A DNA stretch of 64,000 nt from an uncultured virus (IMG/VR IMGVR_UViG_2061766007_000765) (IMGVR_UViG_2061766007_000765); one strand, 5' to 3'; positions 42,699 through 52,941 are shown, numbered from the stretch's first letter. Translations and numbers: made by a program. The notes: a model not told the origin generated them from the letters alone.

Positions 42699-43430
42699 TT
42701 ATTTGCTGCTATTCTTTGCAATNNNNNNNNNNNNNNNNNNNNNNNNNNNNNNNNNNNNNNNNNNNNNNNNNNNNNNNNNNNNNNNNNNNNNNNNNNNNNN
42801 NNNNNNNNNNNNNNNNNNNNNNNNNNNNNNNNNNNNNNNNNNNNNNNNNNNNNNNNNAGAAATAGACCGTAGTGAACATTCCAGTGCCTGCAGGTTCTGA
42901 AAATACTTCAAGCTCTTCATTAACTTCTGTTTCTACATTGTTTAGGTAAGTTAAGATCAAGTCAAAAACTTCATCGTCANNNNNNNNNNNNNNNNNNNNN
43001 NNNNNNNNNNNNNNNNNNNNNNNNNNNNNNNNNNNNNNNNNNNNNNNNNNNNNNNNNNNCGAATCCTCTTTAAATTCAGTAAAGTTGGGATCAAACTTTT
43101 CGCATTCATCAGTCCATCTAATCACGTAATGGTGCCAATCTTCGCTTGATCCTACATGCTTATAGTCAACCGCATCAGCGTAATACTCATCGCCGTCAAC
43201 TACAAACTTAGCTGCAATTCTCTGAAAAATGAGCTCATCGTTTTCTGTATCACAATTTACTCCATTGCTTTGAATTATAAGAACTGCTAGTGATGCTGCT
43301 AACAAAACAATCGTGAAGCTGAGCAAGTTCGTCAGGACGGCAATCATCGTATAAAGGTAAACCCATGTCGTCTGCGAGATTATCGACTTCGGCTTGTTTT
43401 CTGCTAGGTAAGCGGTCATACCAAGCGNNN
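42699..43430 (-). CDS. acidic hypothetical protein (gapped, apparent frameshift near 43270)
   Basis: AWYDRLPSRKQAEVDNLADD... frame switches to CDTENDELIFQRIAAKF... Confidence 0.4.
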
Positions 43431-43539
43431 NNNNNNNNNNNNNNNGGAAATATTCTCTTACGGATATTTTAGGTTTTTTTTTTGTGAATCAACCTTTCCG
43501 GACCCTCACTCATCCAGAAAAGAACCCGTGCTAATTCCT

Positions 43540-43926
43540 CTAAAGTGATAACCTTTTCTTCAACTGACCTTTCCAATCGTGTTCCTCTGCCATTTCATGG
43601 GCTAACTGGTAGATCAAATCAAGCTCGTCAAGTGAGAGCATCACAGTTGCATCTGCTACTTTCTGGTATTGTTCTCCGTCCTTTGATTCGCCGTAATCTT
43701 TGTATTTTGTTAAGTGAAACTCAATGCATTCCTTTTCACTAATTCTGTTGCTAAGGACAACTGCAAAGTCTGTAACCTTCTGGTACTGCACTCCAAATTC
43801 ACTATAGAAGCAGGGACAAATCTGGCCCGGTTTCTCAACAATGCAACCTCTGTTATAATTAGTGTTGGTGCTGTATTTGAATTTTCTTCTTAACTTACTT
43901 AGAATCTTCTTTCGTCTTTCTGTCAT
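43540..43926 (-). CDS. hypothetical protein
   Basis: ~128-aa ORF with repeated QYQKV(T/A)D. Confidence 0.6.
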   Translation of the reverse strand: MTERRKKILSKLRRKFKYSTNTNYNRGCIVEKPGQICPCFYSEFGVQYQKVTDFAVVLSNRISEKECIEFHLTKYKDYGESKDGEQYQKVADATVMLSLDELDLIYQLAHEMAEEHDWKGQLKKRLSL

Positions 43927-43951
43927 GGCCATCTGTAATATCCTCTCTTTC

Positions 43952-44704
43952 TTACTTAATTGGAGTTATAAGGGTCCTATAGTGGAATATTTGAATATTA
44001 TATCCTCCTGCACCTATAGTCTGCACTTTAGCTTTACCCCTAGTTCCGATAATATATCCGTTAAGATCACCTTTAGCTCCTACTTTCAAGTTAGATGCAT
44101 CGGTGATCTGGCCGACAATTGCGTTAGTCCTTTCAACTATGAAGTCGTATTTAGCATTTGCTTCGATAGCAAGATCTTTGTTGAGCTTTTCTGTGTTGAG
44201 CGTGTCTATTTCTACGTAAGGGGTTATGAAACTCCAGGTTGACTGATACCTATTTCTAGCTTCTTTGTATTCACGTTCAATGCGATTATATTCTTCACGA
44301 TTATCTCTGCGCATTGTATAACCCTGAGAGTTTGACCAATCTGCATGAGCCTTGCTAACTGCATACCAATCGTCTCTTGCTTTGATGTAACGAGGAAACG
44401 CTTCTACATATGCATCAAATACACGCTGCTTCCACAAATCTAAGAATTCAAGTATAGGCTTTATGTCTCTACTATTATCTTTCTCAATTTGTGCTGCAAG
44501 CTTCATCTTATAATCTTCAAGAGAAACTTTGCAAGATGCAATCTCTTTCTCTGTGATTCTAAGATCTCCTTCATTGTACCAGTAAGGGTTTACTTCCCAA
44601 TTAGTAGCCTGTGCTTTAAGTATCCGTTCCATCTTCTTCTCAAGTTTTTCGAGTTCCTTCTGTTTACCAGATACTCTGTTCTCCAGAAATTCTCTTGTTG
44701 CCAT
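43952..44704 (-). CDS. conserved phage hypothetical protein
   Basis: 250 aa; C-terminal LNGYIIGTRGKAKVQTIGAGGYNIQIFHYRTLI motif; early promoter upstream. Confidence 0.8.
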   Translation of the reverse strand: MATREFLENRVSGKQKELEKLEKKMERILKAQATNWEVNPYWYNEGDLRITEKEIASCKVSLEDYKMKLAAQIEKDNSRDIKPILEFLDLWKQRVFDAYVEAFPRYIKARDDWYAVSKAHADWSNSQGYTMRRDNREEYNRIEREYKEARNRYQSTWSFITPYVEIDTLNTEKLNKDLAIEANAKYDFIVERTNAIVGQITDASNLKVGAKGDLNGYIIGTRGKAKVQTIGAGGYNIQIFHYRTLITPIK

Positions 44705-44779
44705 AAGCGTTCCTCCATTGTAATATACTTATTATTTGTTACAATTATATTGTATGATAAAATTCTAGAAAAGTCAAGT
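44702..44779 (-). repeat. promoter-RBS cassette repeat, copy 2 (TTGACT-17-TACAAT)
   Basis: Near-identical to 42518-42599. Confidence 0.85.
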
Positions 44780-44856
44780 ATAAAATTAAAAATCGTTATG
44801 TAATGCAAAGATAGTATAGTGTCAAGTGTCAGCTGTGTAATTAGATTGGAGACAAA

Positions 44857-46995
44857 ATGCCAAATAAGAAAGAAAAAATATGTAGAGTTTGCGGTGAAAA
44901 ATTTATAGCAACTAATGGGAGACAAAACGATTGCCTTCGACCGATTGTTAAGACCTGTGCAATCTGTGGTAATACATTTGAAGGTAAATGCTCACTTAAT
45001 AATACTAGATCAACATGCTCAAGCAGCTGTCGAAAGAAATTTGCAAGAATGCAACTAGAAAAAGCATTTCAATCTCAGACTCGAATATGCACACTATGCG
45101 GATTAGAATTTAACCCTAAAACAAACACACAGACAATGTGCGATCGTGAACATTATCGAGAATGTGTTGTTTGTGGAAAACAATTTGCTATAGATTTTAC
45201 TAAGAGCCAAAATACAGCAGAAATTAGAAAGACCTGTTCTAATGATTGTCTGCATAAATTAATGAAAGAAACTAATCCATTTGCAAAGGAAGAATTTAGG
45301 CAAAAAGCAAAACAGACCATGCTCCAGAGATATGGAGTTGAGTATCCTTCTCAAGATCCTCAGCTCCTAGCTAAACAAAAGCAAACAACCAAAGAAAGAT
45401 ACGGAGTTGAATTTTATCCTCAATCCAAGGAGTACATAAGTAAAGCAGAAGAAACTAATAAGATACGATATGGGCATGCATGGCCTATGCAAAGTAATGA
45501 AGTGAAATCTAAAACAGTGCAGACCAATCTATCTAGGTATGGAATGTCAAATGTTATGCAGAATAAAGACATTGCATCTAAATTTAGCAATGATTATGCG
45601 CTTAAAACAGGATATGAATGGCCTCTTGCTAACCCTGATATACAAGATAAAATTAAACAAGCTAATTTAGATAAGTACGGGACAGAGTGCTACGCTCAAA
45701 CGGATCAGTTTCGTGAATTTATTGCTGTAAACAATCCTATGAAAAACCCAGATACGGTTGCAAAGGCAGAAGAAACTAATTNNNNNNNNNNNNNNNNNNN
45801 NNTGACTGAGGAAGGCAAGGAAAAGGTATCAAAATCTATGATTGAAATATATGGAAAGAGAACATTCTCTCAGTTAGCAGAATGGAAGCTTAAGACAATG
45901 AAAGAATGCACTAACATTGAAGAATGGATGAAATTTACTGAAGATCCTGTAGGTTACATTCAAGATCATTATTCAGGTAAGCCGAAATACAGGCAGCTCG
46001 CTGCAGATTTAGGAGTAACTCCTTCTTGTGTTACCGATCTAATCACGCGAAATAAGTTAACATCGCTCATAAGCTATAGTCAGTCATATATGGAGGATGA
46101 GGTTCGTGAGTTCTTAGATGAGTTAGGTATCCAGTATGAAAGTCATAACAGAAAATTAATCGCTCCATATGAACTAGATATATACATTCCCAAATATGCC
46201 CTTGCAATCGAATGCAACCCTACAGCTACGCATAATTCTAGCATATCATTTAAAAATTTAGATACCATTTCCATTCTCCCTGCTGACTATCACAAAAGAA
46301 AAACAGAAATGTGCGAATCGGTGGGAGTAGAGCTATTCCATATATTCGGATTTGATTGGGAACACAACAGAAGTATCATCTTATCAATGCTTAGAAACAG
46401 ATTGAAGGCAAGTAACACCAAGATACATGCTAGAAAATGTAAAGTAGTAGAAGTATCAGGAAAAGAATCAGCATTGTTCTTGAAGAACAATCATAGGCAA
46501 GGTAATGTCAATTCGCCTATTAGAATTGGATTGCAGCATGACGGCGAATTAGTAGCATTAATGACATTTGGAAAGATGCGAAGTTCGATAGGTACGGGAA
46601 AAGAGGACCTTAGCAATTGTTATGAGCTTGTTAGATTCTGCTCTGCTGTAAATACAACAGTTGTAGGAGGCGCTTCTAAATTGTTTAATAGCTTCGTAGA
46701 TAAATATCATCCTCAGAAGGTAAGATCATTTTCGGATAAAGCGCATACTTCAGGAAAACTGTATTCTGTTTTAGGATTTAATGAAATACGAAAATCAGAT
46801 CCAGGATATGTTTGGGTAGATACTACCACAGATATAGCTTATCATAGAATAAATGCACAGAAACAGAATATCAAAAAGTTTTTAAATGATGACTTGATTG
46901 ATTTGAATAAAACTGAGCAAGAAATCATGATTGAGCATGGATACGTTCAAGTCTTTGACTCTGGCACAATTACGTGGGAATGGGTAGCAGAATAG
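44857..46995 (+). CDS. homing-endonuclease-like protein: Zn ribbons + KYG repeats + HTH + PD-(D/E)XK + Mom-like GNAT
   Basis: CxxCG repeats, (E/R)YG repeats, YELDIYIPKYALAIECNP, ELVRFCS...VVGGASKL...VRSFSD...GKLYSVLGF. Confidence 0.8.
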   Translation: MPNKKEKICRVCGEKFIATNGRQNDCLRPIVKTCAICGNTFEGKCSLNNTRSTCSSSCRKKFARMQLEKAFQSQTRICTLCGLEFNPKTNTQTMCDREHYRECVVCGKQFAIDFTKSQNTAEIRKTCSNDCLHKLMKETNPFAKEEFRQKAKQTMLQRYGVEYPSQDPQLLAKQKQTTKERYGVEFYPQSKEYISKAEETNKIRYGHAWPMQSNEVKSKTVQTNLSRYGMSNVMQNKDIASKFSNDYALKTGYEWPLANPDIQDKIKQANLDKYGTECYAQTDQFREFIAVNNPMKNPDTVAKAEETNXXXXXXXXTEEGKEKVSKSMIEIYGKRTFSQLAEWKLKTMKECTNIEEWMKFTEDPVGYIQDHYSGKPKYRQLAADLGVTPSCVTDLITRNKLTSLISYSQSYMEDEVREFLDELGIQYESHNRKLIAPYELDIYIPKYALAIECNPTATHNSSISFKNLDTISILPADYHKRKTEMCESVGVELFHIFGFDWEHNRSIILSMLRNRLKASNTKIHARKCKVVEVSGKESALFLKNNHRQGNVNSPIRIGLQHDGELVALMTFGKMRSSIGTGKEDLSNCYELVRFCSAVNTTVVGGASKLFNSFVDKYHPQKVRSFSDKAHTSGKLYSVLGFNEIRKSDPGYVWVDTTTDIAYHRINAQKQNIKKFLNDDLIDLNKTEQEIMIEHGYVQVFDSGTITWEWVAE

Positions 46996-47001
46996 CACAA
47001 T

Positions 47002-47036
47002 AAGAAAGAGCCTTTATGAGGGCTCTTTCTTTTTTA
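47002..47036. terminator. bidirectional terminator
   Basis: AAGAAAGAGCC-tttatgag-GGCTCTTTCTTTTTT between convergent genes. Confidence 0.85.
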
Positions 47037-47263
47037 ATTGCAACAACGTATTCAACTGCACTAGTAAGATGCGAACTTGATCTTATCTCTCTTCTTTAAT
47101 AAATTCTTTGAATTTAATTGTTTCGTCTACTACAAAAACGTATATTTGGCATTCAAATCTGGTTAAGCATTCTTGAATCCATTCGTCACAGGATTTGAAT
47201 ATTTCTTCTTCTGCATATCGTTCTTTCTTGTTATAAGGAGGACAAGTTAGCAAACATTCATGG
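47036..47263 (-). pseudogene. C-terminal remnant of an amino (N4C/N6A) DNA methyltransferase
   Basis: Hand-translated HECLLTCPPYNKKERY...SCDEWIQECLTRF..YVFVVD...EYVVAI; motif IV-like TCPPY at 47233-47247; no start codon. Confidence 0.6.
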
Positions 47264-47283
47264 AAATTATAACAGTTTTTTTG

Positions 47284-49421
47284 TTAAAAAACTAATTCCC
47301 ATGTTATAGTGCCGCTGTCAAACACTTGAACAAACCCGTGTTCAATCATTATTTCTCGTTCTGTTTTAGTTAAATCTATGGTGTCGTCTTTCAGAAATTT
47401 TTTAAGATTCTTCTTCTGTGCATTTACTCTGTGGTAAGCTTTGTCATCTACAATGTTTACCCAAACATAACCAGGATCAGACCTTCTTACTTCTTTAAAT
47501 CCAAGAGTAGAATATAGTTTTCCAGAAGTATGCGCTCTGTCGGAAAACGACCTTATTCGTTTAGGGCTGAACTCTCTGACAAAATGTTTGAGCAGTTTCG
47601 AGGCCCCACCGACAACTGAAGTGTTTAGCAGTGAGCAGAATCTAACGAGTTCCCAACAATCTGACAAATCTTCTAGCCCTGTTCCAATAGTTCTACGCAT
47701 TTTACCAAACGTCATCAACGAAACAATCCGTCCCTCGTATTCAAGCCCTAATCTTATTGNNNNNNNNNNNNNNNNNNNNNNNGAACTCAATTGCAGCATA
47801 ACCTGAAACTTTAACAACGTTGCACTTTCGAGCATAAATGATTTGGCTTGACTTTCCGAGTTTGTTGCGGATCATCGAAAGCACAACATCTCTCTTGTGT
47901 TCCCAATCGTACCCAAATACATGCAAAAGATCAATACCTCTCTTTTCACACATATCTGATTTCATCCTGTGGTAATTTCGGTGCTTAGGTTGAGATCCCC
48001 ATGGGTCGCATACGCTCGAATTGTGAGTACAGGTCGGATTACACTCTATTGCAAATTTAAAATCAGGGAAGTAAAGATCAAGCTCGTATGGATATATTTC
48101 GGACTTGTTTCGCACAATTATTCGAACGGCAGGATTGAGTTCCTTAATGAAGTCGGCAATAAGCTCTTCCATTATGCTTTTAGTTCTTTTTATGCAATCA
48201 AACGCATTTTCTTTTTCTAGATACACATCAATAGAAGTTCGCTCTACTCCAAAATATTCAGCTAACTGATCTATTCTAGGCTGCTCTTCAAAATGAGTTT
48301 GGATNNNNNNNNNNNNNNNNNNNNNNNNNNNNNNNNNNNNNNNNNNNNNNNNNNNNNNNNNNNNNNNNNNNNNNNNNNNNNNNNNNNNNNNNNNNNNNNN
48401 NNNNNNNNNNNNNNNNNNNNNNNNNNNNNNNNNNNNNNNNNNNNNNNNNNNNTATTTCTGCAATTAATTCAGGAGATTGGCAAGCATATTCATAGCCATA
48501 TTTTTCGAGATTTGTTTGCTTTGACTTTTGTTTGATTTCAGCGCTTTGAAAGACGTTGTCAACTCCGTATTTCGCTTGTGTAGTCTTGATTCGCTTATCT
48601 ATAACATCTTTTGACTTAAGATGATGGTCTACTTCATATTTCTCTAGGCAAGTGTTCTTAACTCGCTCTTTGAATTCTTGAGTTTGAGAGTACCATTCCG
48701 ATCCATATTTTTCTAGCCCAGTTTGTTTTGCTTTATCTTGCGCACCTGGAATCAGAGCAGGATTTTCGACTCCATATCTTTCTAATAAACTCGTCTTCTG
48801 AATTTGAGATCCCTTCTTGTAGTCGTGGTGCTGAGATGCAAGTTTAGCTTTGCATTCGGGAGAGCAAGTTTGGACTGTATAATCTACTGTAACATCTATC
48901 TCAAACTGTTTTCCGCAAATTACGCAATTTTTAAAGTGACTGTTATTGCAGTAAACTTGCCTAACTTCAGTCGGCTTGAATGGAGTTCCGCAAAACTTAC
49001 AAATACGCTCTTCAAAAGCAATAGAATTTCTTCTTCGTATTTTTGTAACCGCTGCTTGACAAGAAGTTGAACATGTTTCAGGAATAAATTCACAACACTG
49101 ATAGGTAAATTCTTTCTTACAATGTGCGCATTCTTTAACTTTAATTCGGTTGCAGTACACTTGCTTAGCTGTTTTTGGCACAAACATCTCGCTACACTGC
49201 TTACAAGCCCTTTCAGGTAAAGAATTGTTAATATGTTCAAACTTAGCTTTATGTTTGCATTCTGCTGAATTGCATGTTAGAACTGGATAAGCATTGCATG
49301 TTGAATCGAACTCTTTTCCGCAAACAATGCATTTGCGTTTAATAGGCCTATTGCAGCATTGTTGTCGTCCTGAAGTAGGTATGAACTTTTGTCCGCATAT
49401 TTTACACACTTTCTCCTTCAA
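47284..49421 (-). CDS. homing-endonuclease-like protein: Zn ribbons + KYG repeats + PD-(D/E)XK + Mom-like GNAT
   Basis: Paralog of 44857-46995: YELDLYFPDFKFAIECNP, WELVRFCS...VVGGASKL; three track ORFs joined across gaps. Confidence 0.8.
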
Positions 49422-49459
49422 GGCAGTTTCCTCCTTGTTAATTATAACGATTTTAACAA

Positions 49460-49502
49460 AAAAATAAGGCTTCCAGAAATTAATCTAGAAGCCTCTTTTT
49501 TG
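49460..49502 (-). terminator. terminator after major capsid gene
   Basis: AGGCTTCCAGA-aattaa-TCTAGAAGCCT hairpin flanked by A/T runs. Confidence 0.7.
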
Positions 49503-49574
49503 AGATTTTTGATACGAATAAATGAGATAATTTTAGTTAACAGGTTGAGATTGCCTGTTTGCATGAAAGATCAA

Positions 49575-50978
49575 TTAGAATGTGCCGAGAATCTTACCAG
49601 ATACAACTGTAGCAGGATTAACTACGTTAAATGCATACATAGTAGCTGTTCCCTGCTGAACCGAAGCATCAGCCAATCCGATTGCTTCAGTAGAACCAAT
49701 AGGCATATATTCTCCGAAGAGTGCTGAGTTTCTTCTGATATCGTTGCTCTTGGTGCACATTACCCATGTATTGATATCGTAGTTAGGATCTACATAGATC
49801 TCGAATGCATCGAGAGTACCAAACTTGTAAGGACCTACCTGATCGCCTGCAGGAGCAGCTACGAATCCGTTGATCATTGCAATGTACTCAGCTGCGTTTG
49901 TACCAGCGATAATTCTGTTAGGTCTAGAAAGTCTAGTTGCACTGTAAACAGCTGCAGATGCCTGACCGAATTTAAGCTTGAGCATATTGAGGTAATCTGA
50001 AGGAACTACTGCACCGCTAAGTACAGGGCTTGCATCCCAGTTGAACTGAGGCTTGTAAGCTGCTGCCTGAGCAAGTTTTGCGAAGCAGTTGCTATTGATT
50101 TCTGCTGTAAGCTCTGAGATAGCTGCTTCCTTAGCCATATCAGCGATGTTAGCACCGTACTCCTGCTGAGCTGCGAAAGCTGAATAAACGCTCCAGTAGC
50201 AAGCAAGCTCATGTGCTTCAGCGATAAGGTTAAGCTCATCAAGCTGAAGGTATCCCTTTGCCATCTTAGCACCGTAGTTGCCGTTAGCGTCAGGACCTAC
50301 AGTCTCGTTATCATACTGATAAGTAGCTGAAAGTGTGCCGGTTAATCCGGTGATTGTACCTGTTGCATAATCAATTGTTCCTGCTGTTGTACCGCTTGCG
50401 TTTACAAGATTACCAGCTCCATCGTCTGTATACTTTGTTACAGTGCCGCCTGCTGCAGTAGCAGAAATAGTTACTGAACCAGGAAGTACAGGTACGAATG
50501 CAAGAGTAGAAGCTGCAACAGCCTCATTCTTAACAATTCTTCCAGTGAAGTTAGGATCAGCACCTTGAAGGTTTGCAAAAGGACTTGAAAGAATGGTTCC
50601 CTTAGCAGTCTCACCCTTTGTGTTCTCTGCTATGAACTTGAAGTAAGGGATCAGTTGCTGACGAGAATTCATAGGAACTGAACCAGCTACCTCAGTTACA
50701 AGCAACTTCTGAACGAATAAAGGAAGAAGCTCAAGGAATGCAGGACGTGCTGCAATGTTAGAAGTGTTAGTTGCTGCGTTGATTGCAGACATTCTTCTAG
50801 AATTAGCCTGAAGCTGACGAGCGAATCTTGTCTGCTCGGGTGTAAGTCTAACGGTTGAAGCGCTAATATTTCTTCTAACCTGACGTCTAGTTGCCCCTGC
50901 TGTAATGCTTGTACCAGCATTAATAGTGCGCTTAGGAGCAGCTACATTAGAGGGACTCTTAGTTGTCTTTCTAATCAT
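49575..50978 (-). CDS. major capsid protein (T4 gp23-like)
   Basis: VAGSVPMNS, AHELACYWS...QQEYG...ELTAEIN, GTLDAFEIYVDP, FGEYMP; biased codon use; downstream of protease. Confidence 0.9.
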   Translation of the reverse strand: MIRKTTKSPSNVAAPKRTINAGTSITAGATRRQVRRNISASTVRLTPEQTRFARQLQANSRRMSAINAATNTSNIAARPAFLELLPLFVQKLLVTEVAGSVPMNSRQQLIPYFKFIAENTKGETAKGTILSSPFANLQGADPNFTGRIVKNEAVAASTLAFVPVLPGSVTISATAAGGTVTKYTDDGAGNLVNASGTTAGTIDYATGTITGLTGTLSATYQYDNETVGPDANGNYGAKMAKGYLQLDELNLIAEAHELACYWSVYSAFAAQQEYGANIADMAKEAAISELTAEINSNCFAKLAQAAAYKPQFNWDASPVLSGAVVPSDYLNMLKLKFGQASAAVYSATRLSRPNRIIAGTNAAEYIAMINGFVAAPAGDQVGPYKFGTLDAFEIYVDPNYDINTWVMCTKSNDIRRNSALFGEYMPIGSTEAIGLADASVQQGTATMYAFNVVNPATVVSGKILGTF

Positions 50979-51017
50979 GGTATTATCACTCCTTATTAAA
51001 ATATTAAATTTTTAACT

Positions 51018-52565
51018 TTATAATGTTACCATCCCAGCCGAATAGTTTCCATCGAATGTATCATCTTGACCTTCGATGTAAGTATCGTCTTCAACATCCT
51101 CGCTATAATAAGCAGGAGCTGCAGGAATATTAGCTGTAGATGTACCTGCCTTTATCATATCTGTTAACTCTTCTACAGAAGTGTTAGCTGTTATAGGCAG
51201 TCCAGTAAGATATACGCCAAGGGCATTCGCATATATGTTAGCGTATGCCTGCTGATAGCTTGATATCATCTCTTCAGCAGCTTCTATTCTAGAAAGCAAT
51301 TCTTTATTTTTCTCATCCAAGTTTGATGCTTTCAGTTCGACCTTTTTAGATGCAACGACAGTTTCGTTTAGCTTCTTATTAAGATCATCTATAATAGAAT
51401 CCTTTTCGGAGATAATATTTTTATTAGCTTCTATCTTCTGTTGATATTTAAGGTTAACATTATCCGAAGCTTTTATAGCTTCTCTATCGTCTCTTCTTTG
51501 CTTAATAATGCTATCTAATCTATTTCTGAGATTAGTGTTAGCAGTTACTTGTTTATCATAGGCTTNNNNNNNNNNNNNNNNNNNNNNNNNNNTCCCTTTG
51601 TTGCAGAAAGTTCTTGTTCAAGAGCAGCTACACTTGCTTTTATTTTACGTGTCTGTCTTCTTGAAGCGTTGCGTTCGTTTTCAAGCTTACCTGCAATCTN
51701 NNNNNNNNNNNGCAGTTATTCTGTTAAGATGATTCCACTTTTGCTTAAGTGTCTTACATTCAACTGCTAAATCTTTATTTGCTAATTCACAATCAGCAAG
51801 CTCAAGCTCAAGATTTCTAACTGTCTCTGCAGCATCTAGATACAATTCAGTCATTGCTTCAAGTTTTTCTTCGGTAACTGCTAGTGTATCAATATCATCG
51901 GCTACTTCACAGTTGAGTTCATCAATTCGGTCTTGAATCTTATTGAATTCATCGCATCCATCAGGAAGTTGCTCTTGTAATACTACGAGTGCTTCGCAAC
52001 TATCTATGTCGGGTAAGTTGGTGTCAATTGCAGCACATATCTTCTTATATTTAGCTTGTTTCTTTGCATCAGTAGATGCTGCAATTTGCTTGAATTCAGG
52101 AATACAGTCATCATAAGCAGGAAAGGTAACCAAATCAAATCCTCTAAAGATAAACTCATCAGGGTCAACCTCTCCGTTACCGTCAACTTCTCCTAGTCCT
52201 CTAATGGATATGCCGAAATTAACTCCTGCATCAATAAACGCTTTAACCGTCCTACCTACAGGAGTGTCAATAAGGTCAAAGTCACCTTCAATCTCACCGT
52301 TGTCTGCAATTCGCATGTCTTTCATAACAATGCAAGCGTGCTCGTAATCCTGACAATCTGAATCGGAAGGATGGCCGAGATAGCCNNNNNNNNNNNNNNN
52401 NNNNNNNNNNNNNNNNNNNNNNNNNNNNNNNNNNAACAACTCACGAGATAAATGCATGTCGTTATTGTTAAACACATTAGAATCACAACATTTTCCAGTG
52501 AATGTGCCCAATACGCTTTTGGATTCTACATCAGCAGCTTTTACTGATTTCTTTACATTACTCAT
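51018..52565 (-). CDS. prohead protease (T4 gp21-like) fused to a coiled-coil scaffold
   Basis: GYLGHP, DTPVGRTVK, GISIRGLG and FDLVTFPAY protease motifs followed by a long coiled coil continuing across gaps to 51018. Confidence 0.85.
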
Positions 52566-52579
52566 TCAGTTCGCCTCCT

Positions 52580-52929
52580 ATGCTTTTGTAATGGCGTCTT
52601 TAGNNNNNNNNNNNNNNNNNNNNNNNNNNNNNNNNNNNNNNNNNNNNNNNNNNNNNNNNNNNNNNNNNNNNNNNNNNNNNNNNNNNNNNNNNNNNNNNNN
52701 NNNNNNNNNNNNNNNNNNNNNNNNNNNNNNNNNNNNNNNNNNNNNNNNNNNNNNNNNNNNNNNNNNNNNNNNNNNNNNNNNNNNNNNNNNNNNNNNNNNN
52801 NNTTCCTATCCTAATTGAAATGCTGCTGTCGTTTTCTTCTAGTTGAATATCTAGCTGATTGAGCTCTTCAATCTGAGATAGGAAAGCAAGTAATGCTGAA
52901 GGAGTTAATACAAGCATATTATCTTCCAT
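52580..52929 (-). CDS. hypothetical protein
   Basis: MEDNMLVLTPSALL...; mostly in a gap. Confidence 0.5.
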
Positions 52930-52941
52930 AATCTAATCCTC

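Noticed and set aside
43255..43300. Programmed frameshift in the 42699-43430 gene
   Set aside because: A frame switch is visible but there is no slippery heptamer; more likely a mutation or consensus error in a poorly assembled region
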